44,125 nt of DNA from contig CAYYIC010000001.1 of NCBI GenBank assembly GCA_964471005.1, positions 1 through 44,125 of the forward strand, given 5' to 3'. Shown here one piece after another: positions 8,710-19,012 of the stretch (positions are counted from its first letter, which is position 1; the number at the start of each line of letters is the position of its first letter). Made by a program: the position numbers and the translations under genes. The DNA is from an uncultured Staphylococcaceae bacterium. GTDB taxonomy: Bacteria; Bacillota_I; Bacilli_A; RFN20; CAG-826. The notes under the pieces are model-generated. The model saw nothing but the letters and a program-made list of their open reading frames with translations, was not told the origin of the DNA and made no database searches.

Positions 8710-9384
8710 ATGGGACTGTGGATCGCCTCTTTGAGCGTCTTGCTCGTCGCCTTTCTCGGCACGTTTATTTTTGGTATATCTAACTACCAAGAGACATTTA
8801 AGGCAAAGTTTTCTCTCCTTAATATGTTTCCTTATGAGCTCTCTTATCACAATCAAGGAATGATGATAACCATCTATCGTTTCTTCTTATATGTCTATGC
8901 TGCTTTTTCGATTTCTCCGGCCTTATTAATGATTAGCAAATACTATCATTTTCCCGGGTATGTTTCATACTTGATCATGGTCGGTGCCCTATTTGTAATC
9001 TCCGCCATTTCTTTTCTTACCATGCATATTGTTCAAGCCAAATATGTACGCCTACACACGATTGTCGCAACCACCTATTTTGCTGTCAGCGCCTTGGCTG
9101 CTGGCGCTATTTCAATTGTTTTAATCAACCTCTATATTTCGAATAATTACGTCGATTCAAAGTTTCTCCTAATCGGAGTTATGGAGGCGATGTTTGGTTT
9201 TGCCACCTTGCTCCTGATGCTTAATCCACGTCTACGCGATTGGGCGAAGATGAATTCGACGACCAGCGAAGATGGGACGGTGGTCGTCGAAAGACCGCGC
9301 GTTTTCATCTTGGCTTTGAGCGAATGGCTCGTCATTTTTATCAATTTTGCCGTTCAAATTCTCCTTTTAATCGCTTACTTGTAA
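8710..9384 (+). CDS. hypothetical polytopic membrane protein
   Basis: 224 aa with about six hydrophobic helices and no recognisable catalytic motif. It starts 2 nt after rpe and is followed by a terminator. Confidence 0.65.
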   Translation: MGLWIASLSVLLVAFLGTFIFGISNYQETFKAKFSLLNMFPYELSYHNQGMMITIYRFFLYVYAAFSISPALLMISKYYHFPGYVSYLIMVGALFVISAISFLTMHIVQAKYVRLHTIVATTYFAVSALAAGAISIVLINLYISNNYVDSKFLLIGVMEAMFGFATLLLMLNPRLRDWAKMNSTTSEDGTVVVERPRVFILALSEWLVIFINFAVQILLLIAYL

Positions 9385-9385
9385 A

Positions 9386-9417
9386 ATAAAAAAGCCCTTT
9401 AAAAGGGCTTATTTTTG
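9386..9417. terminator. bidirectional Rho-independent terminator (membrane gene / rpmB)
   Basis: AAGCCC (9392-9397) pairs with GGGCTT (9405-9410). An A-run lies on the 5' side and ATTTTTG on the 3' side. It sits between convergent genes. Confidence 0.75.
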
Positions 9418-9432
9418 TTGAATGTTGAAAGG

Positions 9433-9621
9433 TTATTTTTCGGACTTCATCAAACTGCGGTGAGCACGAGCGGACATGCGAACAGTCTGCACCTTGCCAT
9501 CGATTTCGACTTGATAAGGTTGCATATTAACATTCCAGCGCCGGCGGGTGGCACGAAGGCTGTGAGAACGATTGTTGCCGCTTAGCGGACCTTTACCTGT
9601 GACGGGACATATTCTTGACAT
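9433..9621 (-). CDS. rpmB: 50S ribosomal protein L28
   Basis: 62 aa: MSRICPVTGKGPLSGNNRSHSLRATRRRWNVN... is the L28 signature. GAGG Shine-Dalgarno 8 nt upstream. Confidence 0.95.
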   Translation of the reverse strand: MSRICPVTGKGPLSGNNRSHSLRATRRRWNVNMQPYQVEIDGKVQTVRMSARAHRSLMKSEK

Positions 9622-10075
9622 AACTAGGACCTCATTTTCTTAAAACGCAAGTTTGAGTTTAACATGAGTTAATAGAGGATGTAAATAGTTTTCTTGCCGA
9701 GGCTTCGTAGAACGACAGCTTGATGTTTGAAAAGTGAATGGCGAAATTCTCTCTGCTGCCCGCTCTGGCGTTTTCAATTGCAGTTCGATAATGATTCTAT
9801 CTTCATCAAAAAACAGTATTTTCGAAGGAGCGAAAACATCGTGAAAATCAACTTTCGACATCAAGAGAATATGAAAATTGATAGATGAAAGGAGACATTG
9901 ATGAAAGGGGGCGAGGTAACATCTGGAACTTATGACTTTGACGCCCGAGAATACAGCAAAAAGCGACATCGATTCAAAAGGCACTACATATATATTGATA
10001 TATGTGATAAAATTATTAAAGATTTGATAGGGCAATATATTTTGGCCCAAATCGACATAATCGCGAGGTAAAAAG

Positions 10076-11215
10076 ATGAACAAGAGAATCGTGGCGATGA
10101 TTCTTGCGGGGGGCAAAGGCACACGCCTTGAATCTTTGACGAGAAAAATCGCAAAACCAGCCGTCAGTTACGGAGGCAAATATCGGATTATTGACTTCCC
10201 CTTATCCAATTGTGCGAACTCGGGAGTTGATACTGTCGGAGTTCTTACACAATACGAATCAGTCGCTCTTGATACTTACATCGGTAATGGCGAAAAATGG
10301 GGTCTCAATGGCGTCCGATCGCTGACGACAACCCTTCACCCTCGCCAGACGGAACATGGATTGAGCTGGTATCGCGGCACAGCCGATGCCATCTACGCTA
10401 ATTTAGATTTCCTCGATTCGATCAATCCCCTCTACGTCTTAATCTTATCGGGCGACCACATTTACTCGACAACATATAATGAGATGCTTAATCAGCACAT
10501 CGAAAGAGAAGCCGATTGCACGATTTCGGTAATCGAGGTGGATCCGAAAGAAGCATCGCGTTTTGGCATTCTCGTCACCGACGAAAAAGGCGCGATTGTC
10601 AAATTTCAGGAAAAGCCGAAAAACCCCATTTCAAATCTCGCTTCGATGGGCGTTTACATTTTTACTTATTCCGTTTTGCGCCGCATGCTCGTCAGCGATG
10701 CTCGCAAAAAAGATTCATCCCACGATTTTGGCAAGGATATAATTCCGACCATGCTCGCAAAAAAAATGAAGTTGTTCGCTTATGTTTTTAAAGGTTATTG
10801 GAAGGATGTGGGGACAATTTCAAGCCTCCACGAAGCCAACATGGATTTGCTGCTTTCCGCAAAAGGGCAAAACATATACTCGATAAAAGGCGGCAATACC
10901 ATCTTTTCCGAAGATACACATTCTCATCCACAATACATCGGTCGCAAAGCCCGAGTTAAAGATAGTCTCATCAATCAAGGAGCCGTCATCCTCGGTGATG
11001 TCGAGCGCTGCGTCGTCTCTAACGAAGTCGTCGTCGGGGAAGGCGCGGTTGTCAGAAATTCAGTTCTCATGCCTGGGGCTCGCATTCGCGCTGGAGCTAA
11101 AGTCTACAGCGCCATCGTCGGCCCTGAAGCAATTGTTTCGCACGGGGATACTGTTAACGAAAAGCAAGAAGATATCGTTTTAATCACCTCACGGAGGATA
11201 AAAAATGGCAAGTGA
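10076..11215 (+). CDS. glgC: glucose-1-phosphate adenylyltransferase, catalytic subunit
   Basis: 379 aa with AMILAGGKGTRL, the RIIDFPLSNC.NSG core, and a C-terminal left-handed beta-helix repeat region. Confidence 0.95.
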   Translation: MNKRIVAMILAGGKGTRLESLTRKIAKPAVSYGGKYRIIDFPLSNCANSGVDTVGVLTQYESVALDTYIGNGEKWGLNGVRSLTTTLHPRQTEHGLSWYRGTADAIYANLDFLDSINPLYVLILSGDHIYSTTYNEMLNQHIEREADCTISVIEVDPKEASRFGILVTDEKGAIVKFQEKPKNPISNLASMGVYIFTYSVLRRMLVSDARKKDSSHDFGKDIIPTMLAKKMKLFAYVFKGYWKDVGTISSLHEANMDLLLSAKGQNIYSIKGGNTIFSEDTHSHPQYIGRKARVKDSLINQGAVILGDVERCVVSNEVVVGEGAVVRNSVLMPGARIRAGAKVYSAIVGPEAIVSHGDTVNEKQEDIVLITSRRIKNGK

Positions 11216-12320
11216 AGTTCTCGGTCTTCTCGACCTCCACAACTCCCCTGATCTAGGGCCTTTAACTAGTTCGCGCGTTCTCGCCTCGACATCTTTCTTG
11301 GGTCGCTTTGCCTTTATGGATTTTGCCCTCTCAAATTTTTCTAACTCCGGTATCGACGAAGTCGGAATCTTAGTAAAATCCCATCTGCGGAGCGTTTTAA
11401 AACACATGGGTTCCATGCAATCTTGGAACATCAACACCAAGATTGGCAGGCAGACCATCATGTACAATGAGCGGGGCAATATGAACCGCAAGAAAAACAC
11501 GGATATCAATAACTTTTTGGTAAACGATTGGGTCTTGCATGAGAGCAAAGCCAAGTACATCATTATTCAGCCCTCACATGTCATATGCAAAATCGATTTT
11601 GAACCGCTTTTAAAAGAGCATATTGCCCGCGATGAAAAAGTGACAATTTTGTATAAGCACATCACCAACGCTCATAAGTCGTTTTCCACGCACAACATCG
11701 TCAATGTCAAAAACGGCTATATCCGTTCCTTTAAGCGCAATCGGCAACTGGAAAAAAATGCGTGCGTCTCGATGGAGACATATATTTTTAACCGCGATGT
11801 TCTTCTCAATTTAGTTCAAGAAACACTCAAGGCGAATCCAACTCATAGTTTTAAAGATGCTGTAAAGAAGCATGCTAACAAATTGTTCAAAGCTCACGCT
11901 GTCGAACATCTCGGCTACGCGCGCTCCTTTGATTCTTTAGAACATTTGGTCGATTACTCTTTTGAATTGCTCGACTATCGATATGCCCATCAGCTATTTT
12001 TAAAAGACTGGCCGATTTATACAATCACGCGTGACACGACACCAGCTCTTTATGGAACTAAAGCCAGCGTTCACAACAACTTTATCGCCAACGGCGCCAT
12101 CATCGAAGGTCGAGTCGAAAATTCGATTATCTCGCGCAACGTTAAGATTGGGCGCGGAGCGATTGTCCGCAACGCCATCATTCTCTCGGACACGGTCGTC
12201 GGGGACAACGCCATCATCACCCATGCTGTCATCGACAAGTACTGCCATATTTCCGACGGAGTCCACATCGAAGGCGTGAAAGGCGCGCCCAAATATATCG
12301 ATCAGGGGAAGAGGCTTTAA
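11205..12320 (+). CDS. glgD: glucose-1-phosphate adenylyltransferase regulatory subunit GlgD
   Basis: 371 aa. A GlgC paralogue that lacks the GGxGxRL loop (it reads GLLDLHNSP) but keeps FAFMDFALSNFSNSGI and beta-helix repeats. GGAGG Shine-Dalgarno. Overlaps glgC by 11 nt. Confidence 0.88.
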   Translation: MASEVLGLLDLHNSPDLGPLTSSRVLASTSFLGRFAFMDFALSNFSNSGIDEVGILVKSHLRSVLKHMGSMQSWNINTKIGRQTIMYNERGNMNRKKNTDINNFLVNDWVLHESKAKYIIIQPSHVICKIDFEPLLKEHIARDEKVTILYKHITNAHKSFSTHNIVNVKNGYIRSFKRNRQLEKNACVSMETYIFNRDVLLNLVQETLKANPTHSFKDAVKKHANKLFKAHAVEHLGYARSFDSLEHLVDYSFELLDYRYAHQLFLKDWPIYTITRDTTPALYGTKASVHNNFIANGAIIEGRVENSIISRNVKIGRGAIVRNAIILSDTVVGDNAIITHAVIDKYCHISDGVHIEGVKGAPKYIDQGKRL

Positions 12321-13760
12321 ATGAAAATAGCGATGGTCACAAGCGAAGCCAACCCGTTTGTCAAAAGCGGTGGTCTCGCCGATGTCACTTACTCCTTATC
12401 GCGTGAGCTTGTCATGCTCGGCGAAGAAGTGGCCCTCTTTATGCCTTTGTACCAATCAATCGTCAGGCAGTATGGCGACCGGCTCCAGCATGTTTCAGAA
12501 TTCGATGTGCCGATGTCCTGGCGTCATCAGCACGCCAAAGTCTATCGCACTTATGTCGACGGGATCACCTATTATTTCATACAAAATGATTATTATTTCA
12601 ATCGCGAAAACATCTACGGTTACAATGACGACTTAGAACGCTTTGCCTTCTTTACAATCGCTGTTCGCAATGCCTTTAAAGCTCTTGGATTTAAAGCTGA
12701 TGTCGTCCACCTTCACGACTGGCAGCCCGGTATGCTACCCGTCATCATCAAGGAACAGAATCAAAACGATCCTTTCTTTCAAGATTTCAAATTCGTGTTA
12801 ACAATTCATAATCCAGCCTTCAAAGGCATGTTCGACAAGTACTTTTTAAACAATTTTTACGAGTTGAGCGACAGTCTTTATGACAGCGGAAAAGTGCGTT
12901 TTGAAAGCGTCGTTTCAACGCTTAAAGCCGCGATTGTTTATTCTGATAAAATCGCGACCGTCTCATACACCCATCGAAACGAGCTTTTGGCTCCGGATAG
13001 CGAGCATGGCTTGAGTTCTATATTAGAACTGCGTAGCGATGATTTTGTCGGCATCTTAAACGGTCTTGATTACACTGAGTTTAATCCCAAGATTGACCGA
13101 GCAATCCCTTATCAATTTAACGGAGTAAATGTCACCAAAGGTAAAGGTAATAATAAAGCGGCGCTATTAAAGCAATTCCATCTCCCTAATCGCGGACAGC
13201 CAGTTTTCGGTTTAGTCTCGCGCCTGACTTGGCAAAAAGGTATTCGCCTCGTGCTGGCTAAGGCTCGCCATATCGTCGGAAATGGCGGTTCAATCATCAT
13301 ATTAGGATCCGGAGAACGCGAATTAGAACAAGAAATTGAGTGGATGCGCGCTCAGATGAGCGGCAATGTTGGCATATACATCGGTTATTCTAACGAACTG
13401 GCCCATCTCATCTATGCCGGCAGCGATTTCTTTTTAATGCCTTCGCTTTTTGAGCCATGTGGCATCGGGCAGCTCATCGCCCAACGCTATGGAACTTTAC
13501 CAGTCGTTCGCCTCACCGGGGGTTTAAGAGACACAGTTCTCAGCTATGATGGTCGGAATGTAAAAGAGGCCACCGGCTTTGGCTTTGAGCATTTTGACGA
13601 ATATGGAATGCAATATGGTCTTGACCTGGCTCTTTCCTTGTATCAAGATAAAGAAGCTTTGCTTAAAATGCGTCGCAACGCCATGAAGCTCGATCGCAAA
13701 TGGAAAAAGTCGGCGCTTGAATACGTCAAACTTTATCGCGCTATTCGGGAGAGAAAATAA
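12321..13760 (+). CDS. glgA: glycogen synthase (ADP-glucose type)
   Basis: 479 aa with the [23 protein letters not shown]-terminal KxGGL motif and C-terminal [12 protein letters not shown]. The ATG immediately follows the glgD stop. Confidence 0.95.
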   Translation: MKIAMVTSEANPFVKSGGLADVTYSLSRELVMLGEEVALFMPLYQSIVRQYGDRLQHVSEFDVPMSWRHQHAKVYRTYVDGITYYFIQNDYYFNRENIYGYNDDLERFAFFTIAVRNAFKALGFKADVVHLHDWQPGMLPVIIKEQNQNDPFFQDFKFVLTIHNPAFKGMFDKYFLNNFYELSDSLYDSGKVRFESVVSTLKAAIVYSDKIATVSYTHRNELLAPDSEHGLSSILELRSDDFVGILNGLDYTEFNPKIDRAIPYQFNGVNVTKGKGNNKAALLKQFHLPNRGQPVFGLVSRLTWQKGIRLVLAKARHIVGNGGSIIILGSGERELEQEIEWMRAQMSGNVGIYIGYSNELAHLIYAGSDFFLMPSLFEPCGIGQLIAQRYGTLPVVRLTGGLRDTVLSYDGRNVKEATGFGFEHFDEYGMQYGLDLALSLYQDKEALLKMRRNAMKLDRKWKKSALEYVKLYRAIRERK

Positions 13761-13762
13761 CA

Positions 13763-16165
13763 ATGAAATTCGATCATTCGGAAATAGAAAAAAAGTGGTC
13801 TAAAAAGTGGGAAGAAAGCGGAGTATTCAACACCGATACCCGCGATTTTAGCAAACCCAAATACTATATTTTGGACATGTTTCCCTATCCGAGCGCGGAC
13901 GGTCTTCACGTCGGACATCCCAAAGGATATACGGCCAGCGATACGATTGCGCGCATGAAGAGAATGCAAGGATTTAATGTCTTGCATCCGATTGGCTGGG
14001 ACGCCTTTGGTTTGCCCGCCGAGCAATTCGCCATCAAAAAGAATCGCCATCCTGAAGATTTTACCCTCGCCAATATCGATAACTTTCGACGTCAGATTAA
14101 AGCGATCGGTTTAAGTTATGATTTCACTCGTGAGGTCAACACTACCGATCCTTCTTATTATCGTTGGACGCAGTGGATTTTCTTAAAATTGTTTGAAAAC
14201 GATCTAGCTTATGTCGATTCGATACCGGTCAACTTCTGTCCGGAACTCGGAACGGTTCTCGCCAACGAAGAAGTAATCGACGGCAAGAGCGAACGCGGTG
14301 GTTACGATGTCATTCGCCTGCCGATGCGGCAGTGGCTACTAAGGATTACTAAATATGCCGATCGCCTTTTGACAGGGCTTAATCAAGTCGAATGGCCAAA
14401 GTCGACGATCGATATGCAGACGAACTGGATCGGCCGCTCAGAAGGTGCAAAAATTACTTTCCAAGTCAAAGATCAAGATGTTCTATTTGATGTTTTTACC
14501 ACTCGTGCCGACACCTTATTTGGTTGCACTTATTGCGTTTTGGCACCCGAACACGAACTTGTCAAAAAGATTGCAAATCCTAGCAAATTGGCGGAAATTA
14601 ACGACTATTTGAACTTAATTGCAGCAAAATCAGACCTTGAAAGAACCGAATTAAATAAAGATAAAAGCGGCGTTTTTATCGGCGCCTATGCCATTAATCC
14701 GGTCAACGGCAAAGAGGTTCCAATCTACATCGCCGACTATGTTCTCGCCTCCTATGGAACAGGGGCTGTGATGGCTGTTCCTGCCCATGATCAGCGCGAC
14801 TATGAATTCGCCCAAAAACACGGATTGCCATTTGTCCAAGTCATAGAAGGTGATGTTTCTGAGCGCGCCATGGAAGATGATGGAAAACACACAAATAGCG
14901 CTTTTGCCGATGGGCTAAATATTGCGGAAGCGACAAGAGCCATCGTCAATTATTTAAGTCAAAAAGGGCGCGGGCAGTTTCAAATATCGTACCGCCTTCG
15001 CGATTGGCTATTTTCTCGGCAGAGATATTGGGGCGAGCCGATTCCCGTCGCTTTGATGGAAAATGGTAAGATTCAACCGCTTAGCGAAAGCGAACTCCCC
15101 CTCGTCCTGCCTAAACTAAAAGAATATAAACCATCGGGGACCGGGGAATCGCCGCTTGTCCACGCCACCGACTGGCTCGATGTCACAATCGATGGCCAAA
15201 AGGGCAAACGCGAAACGAACACGATGCCACAATGGGCGGGCTCTTGCTGGTACTATATGCGCTACATCGATCCGCACAATGACCAAGCAATTGGCGATCC
15301 TGCCCTTTTAGCGCATTGGCTTCCTGTCGATTTGTATATCGGTGGAGCAGAACACGCGGTCTTGCATTTGCTCTACGCTCGCTTCTGGCACAAATTTTTG
15401 TTTGATTTAGGAATTGTTAAATGTGAAGAGCCATTTCAAAAGTTATTTCATCAAGGCATGATTCTCGGCGATAATAACGAAAAGATGTCAAAATCGCGGG
15501 GCAACGTCGTCAATCCCGATGACGTCATCGCAAAGTATGGGGCCGACACCCTCCGCCTCTATGAGATGTTTATGGGACCTCTTGAAGCCTCTTTGCCGTG
15601 GTCGGAAAACGGACTCGACGGCGCAAGACGATTTCTTGAACGCGCCTTTCGCCTATTTAGCGAAGAAGAATTTCTCAAGAGGCATACCGACATCAATGAT
15701 GGCTCCTTAGACTATGTCTACAATTACACGGTTAAGAAAGTTACCGACGATTATCAGAGCTTGCAATTTAACACGGCAATTGCCCAATTGATGATATTTG
15801 TTAATGAAGCATATAAAGCTGACCACCTCTATCGTCCATATCTTGAGGGTTTTGTCAAAATGATGTCCTGCGTCGCGCCTTTCGTCGGCGAGGAAATTTA
15901 TGAAAGTCTTGGCCATTCAAGCGGTATTACTTTTGCTGCATGGCCAAAGTATGATGAAAGCAAATTGGCGCGCTCAAAAGTGACGATGGCCGTCTCCGTT
16001 AACGGCAAGCTGCGCGGCACTTTTGAAGCTGATTTGGATATGGAAGATAACGAACTTAAAAAGTTAGCTCTCGACCTCGAAGGCGTCAAAAGGAATACTG
16101 AAGGAAAAGAGATCGTAAAAGTTATTGTGGTCAGAGGTCGCATCGTCAATATCGTCGTTCGCTAA
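13763..16165 (+). CDS. leuS: leucine--tRNA ligase
   Basis: 800 aa with class I motifs [12 protein letters not shown] (HIGH) and KMSKSRGN (KMSKS). It starts 2 nt after the glgA stop, and GGGAGAG precedes the start. Confidence 0.97.
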   Translation: MKFDHSEIEKKWSKKWEESGVFNTDTRDFSKPKYYILDMFPYPSADGLHVGHPKGYTASDTIARMKRMQGFNVLHPIGWDAFGLPAEQFAIKKNRHPEDFTLANIDNFRRQIKAIGLSYDFTREVNTTDPSYYRWTQWIFLKLFENDLAYVDSIPVNFCPELGTVLANEEVIDGKSERGGYDVIRLPMRQWLLRITKYADRLLTGLNQVEWPKSTIDMQTNWIGRSEGAKITFQVKDQDVLFDVFTTRADTLFGCTYCVLAPEHELVKKIANPSKLAEINDYLNLIAAKSDLERTELNKDKSGVFIGAYAINPVNGKEVPIYIADYVLASYGTGAVMAVPAHDQRDYEFAQKHGLPFVQVIEGDVSERAMEDDGKHTNSAFADGLNIAEATRAIVNYLSQKGRGQFQISYRLRDWLFSRQRYWGEPIPVALMENGKIQPLSESELPLVLPKLKEYKPSGTGESPLVHATDWLDVTIDGQKGKRETNTMPQWAGSCWYYMRYIDPHNDQAIGDPALLAHWLPVDLYIGGAEHAVLHLLYARFWHKFLFDLGIVKCEEPFQKLFHQGMILGDNNEKMSKSRGNVVNPDDVIAKYGADTLRLYEMFMGPLEASLPWSENGLDGARRFLERAFRLFSEEEFLKRHTDINDGSLDYVYNYTVKKVTDDYQSLQFNTAIAQLMIFVNEAYKADHLYRPYLEGFVKMMSCVAPFVGEEIYESLGHSSGITFAAWPKYDESKLARSKVTMAVSVNGKLRGTFEADLDMEDNELKKLALDLEGVKRNTEGKEIVKVIVVRGRIVNIVVR

Positions 16166-16253
16166 CGGTCGATTTACTTTTCAATCTCTCAATAATTTTC
16201 TATAATCATTTTGCACGATACTTGCTATGCAAGATTGTAGCGGAGGTAAACAT

Positions 16254-17033
16254 ATGCTGTTAGCGGTCGATGTGGGCAACACCATCATTGCCTTTGGAGT
16301 CTTTGAAGATTCTCGTTTGGTTGCGTCATTTAAAACCGCTACCGACGTCAAGAAGAGCCTCGATGAATACGTCTCGACAATCGAAACGTTTATCCAATTT
16401 CGTAAAATTGATAAGAAAGCTTTTCGCGGAGCGATTATTTCTAGCGTCGTTCCGTTTTTAACGGAAGTGATACGGGGCGCCATACTTATCTCTTTTCATA
16501 TCGAAGGGGTTGTGCTCACGCCCGGCCTTAAGACCGGCTTAGCGATTTTTATCGATCATCCAAATGAATTAGGAAGCGATCTCGTCGCTGATTCGGTCGG
16601 AGCCATCGCTAAATATGCCCCGCCGCTTATCATCGTCGATTTAGGTACAGCCATTAAAATTTTAGCGATTGATCAAAAGGGCGCTTTTGTCGGAGCGGCG
16701 TTTTATCCCGGTCTCTATGTCGCCGTCGATGCTTTGATCGGCCGGGCCGCGCAACTATCGCGCGTGTCCTTCACCAGACCCAAAAAAGCGATTGGCAAGA
16801 ACACCAAAGACTCGACCAACGCCGGGGCTATTTATGGGACGGCGGGCATGATTGAGGGACTCGTTAAAAAATTTGAAGAAGAGCTAGGCTATCCCACCAA
16901 GCACATCATTACCGGCGGTGATGCACCATATGTCAAAGAACTATTACCGGAATTCACCTATGATGAGTTTCTCTTACTCGATGGTTTACGGATCATCTTT
17001 GAACGCAACGAGGCCAAAAACCATGCAAAATAA
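16254..17033 (+). CDS. coaX: type III pantothenate kinase
   Basis: MLLAVDVGNT... is the ASKHA N-terminus typical of CoaX, and ITGG lies near the C-terminus. I chose the ATG at 16254 (GGAGG at 16242-16246) over the ORF-track start at 16227. Confidence 0.9.
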   Translation: MLLAVDVGNTIIAFGVFEDSRLVASFKTATDVKKSLDEYVSTIETFIQFRKIDKKAFRGAIISSVVPFLTEVIRGAILISFHIEGVVLTPGLKTGLAIFIDHPNELGSDLVADSVGAIAKYAPPLIIVDLGTAIKILAIDQKGAFVGAAFYPGLYVAVDALIGRAAQLSRVSFTRPKKAIGKNTKDSTNAGAIYGTAGMIEGLVKKFEEELGYPTKHIITGGDAPYVKELLPEFTYDEFLLLDGLRIIFERNEAKNHAK

Positions 17034-17655
17034 GATTATACGTAGCATTGTTTTTGACGCGATGTTTATCGCCATCATCGCTCTGATGGCGTTTGTTCCT
17101 AACATCGGGCTTATTAGCGTCAGCCCTTTAATCTCTTTTACCATACTTCATATTCCCGTCTTGATCGGCGCCGCTCTTTTTGGCTGGAAGCGGGGGCTTA
17201 TCTATGGTTTTGCCTTTGGCATTTTAACTCTTATTCAGGCAGCGACTCAGCCACGGGGGGCGTTTGATCCACTTTTTATCAATCCCCTTGTCTCGGTTTT
17301 GCCAAGAGTAATATTTGGCTTAGCGGCCGGTCTTTCTTTTGAGTTGCTCAAAAAAATGCCGCGCCTATATCAAAAAGGGCTCTATATCGCCGGCCTTTCG
17401 TTTCTCAACACCTTATTACATACATTTTTGGTCATCACCGCGATATGGATTGTCTATCGAAGCGATGTCTTGCGGATTTTAGAAATTCAAGATTCACAAT
17501 CGTTCCATTGGATCAATTTTCTCGGTTTTTTGGCGATTGTTCTTGGGGCCCTTGTCGAAGCGGGAATCGCATCGATTATCACTCCCGCCGTCGCCCTGCC
17601 TCTTTTTCATAAATATCCACGCTTAGTTTCGAGAAAGGAAGACCAACATGAATAA
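17023..17655 (+). CDS. ECF-transporter substrate-specific (S) component, candidate pantothenate transporter PanT
   Basis: 210 aa, about six TM helices, with the S-component-like LHIPVLIGAALFG segment. The ATG at 17023 overlaps the coaX stop by 11 nt. Substrate is inferred from linkage to coaX. Confidence 0.65.
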   Translation: MQNKIIRSIVFDAMFIAIIALMAFVPNIGLISVSPLISFTILHIPVLIGAALFGWKRGLIYGFAFGILTLIQAATQPRGAFDPLFINPLVSVLPRVIFGLAAGLSFELLKKMPRLYQKGLYIAGLSFLNTLLHTFLVITAIWIVYRSDVLRILEIQDSQSFHWINFLGFLAIVLGALVEAGIASIITPAVALPLFHKYPRLVSRKEDQHE

Positions 17656-19012
17656 AGATATCGACTACGTTGAACTTACTAATCCGTACCGGGCTAATGC
17701 GGTCCGAGCCCTGCAAGAAATCATCAGAATTAATTCGGTATACGATGAGAAGACTATTTCATCCACAGCCCCTTATGGATCTGGTGTCGATAAAGCTCTC
17801 AAATATATCGGCGGTCTCGCTCGCCAATTCGGCTTTGAAGTCGACTATTGCGATAACCGCGCGACCGAGATGACATTTGGAAAAGGAGAAAAGCTAATCT
17901 CCATTTTTGCTCATGCCGACGTCGTTCCCGTGGGAAGTGGCTGGAAGCACGAGCCGTTTGCGGCCCAAATTGAAAAGGGCAAGATGTTCGGCCGTGGGAC
18001 GAGCGACGATAAAGGCCCGCTAATCGCCGCTTTTTACGCCGTTAAAGCTCTCAAAGACAATGATTTAATCAACAATTATCGCGTGCGATTAGTCGTCGGC
18101 GGTGATGAAGAGCGAGGCAGTAGCTGCCTTCGCTACTATTTTCAAGACTTAAAAAAAGAACATCCGACTTACGGCTTTACACCCGACGCCAATTTTCCCG
18201 TTATCTATGGTGAAAAAGGCATCAGCAATTTTCATAGTCGCATCAACCTCATCTTGCCGGGCATCATCAAAATAGCAGGCGGAGAGGCGGTCAACTCGGT
18301 TATTGACTCGACGCAAATCGTCATGAAAAGCGATGCGCAATTTGAAGCCTTTCTTAAAGGGTTAAAAAACGAGGCGACCGTTGAAAACGCGAACGGGATA
18401 TCAAAGATTACTTTTCATGGCAAAGCGGCCCATGGTTCGACGCCACAAGCTGGACTCAACGCCGCCTTATTTGCCCTTGAAGCGCTCGGAACTTTTTATC
18501 GAAATGACATCCTTATAAAGATTTTTTCGCAATTTCGTCATTTCGACGGCAAGCCCTTTAAAGGTTATGCAAAGAGCAAAGACTTAGGAGAGACCACCTA
18601 TAATCTCGGCCTTATTTCCTATGATGGCAAAGTGCTGGAGTTAAAGGTGAACTTTCGTTATCCCGAAAGCGTAAACGATGTTGATTTCGTCCGTCTTTTT
18701 GATGAAGCAAGCGGCCTGACAAGCGAAATTTATTCGCGGAGCCCATCGTTACTTTTTCCCATCAAGTCACCCCTCATTCAAACGCTTTTAAACGCTTACC
18801 GCCAAGAGACTTTAGATAAGCGGAGCAAGCCGCTGACGATGGGCGGTGGAACATATGCCAAAGAAGCGCCTAACACCGTCGCCTTTGGCGCAGCTTTTCC
18901 CGATGATAATCCGCGCATGCACGAAGCCGACGAACACTTAAAATTGAATAATTTCTATATGGCGATGGCCATTTACGCTCGCGCCGTCCACGCATTAGGA
19001 AACCGCAAATGA
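17648..19012 (+). CDS. pepV: M20-family dipeptidase (PepV-like)
   Basis: 454 aa with AHADVVPVG..W, GRGTSDDKGP, GGDEERG and the C-terminal MHEADEH motif typical of PepV/Sapep. Confidence 0.82.
   Translation: MNKDIDYVELTNPYRANAVRALQEIIRINSVYDEKTISSTAPYGSGVDKALKYIGGLARQFGFEVDYCDNRATEMTFGKGEKLISIFAHADVVPVGSGWKHEPFAAQIEKGKMFGRGTSDDKGPLIAAFYAVKALKDNDLINNYRVRLVVGGDEERGSSCLRYYFQDLKKEHPTYGFTPDANFPVIYGEKGISNFHSRINLILPGIIKIAGGEAVNSVIDSTQIVMKSDAQFEAFLKGLKNEATVENANGISKITFHGKAAHGSTPQAGLNAALFALEALGTFYRNDILIKIFSQFRHFDGKPFKGYAKSKDLGETTYNLGLISYDGKVLELKVNFRYPESVNDVDFVRLFDEASGLTSEIYSRSPSLLFPIKSPLIQTLLNAYRQETLDKRSKPLTMGGGTYAKEAPNTVAFGAAFPDDNPRMHEADEHLKLNNFYMAMAIYARAVHALGNRK

Noticed and set aside
9640-10122. A 160-aa minus-strand ORF fills the rpmB-glgC gap.
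   Set aside because: Its start lies 47 nt inside glgC, and no Shine-Dalgarno precedes any in-frame Met. The sequence is low-complexity and hydrophobic with no family resemblance, and it runs through the predicted rpmB promoter. It is most likely a chance ORF in AT-rich spacer.
16227-16253. The ORF track gives longer N-terminal extensions for coaX (16227), the S component (16918), tyrS (23470), prkC (6283), dnaB (35471), the M42 peptidase (19626) and the LacI regulator (22494).
   Set aside because: The extensions overlap upstream genes or promoter DNA, lack Shine-Dalgarno sequences and add residues absent from the protein families. Downstream ATGs have well-spaced GGAGG/AAGGAG sites and give canonical N-termini.
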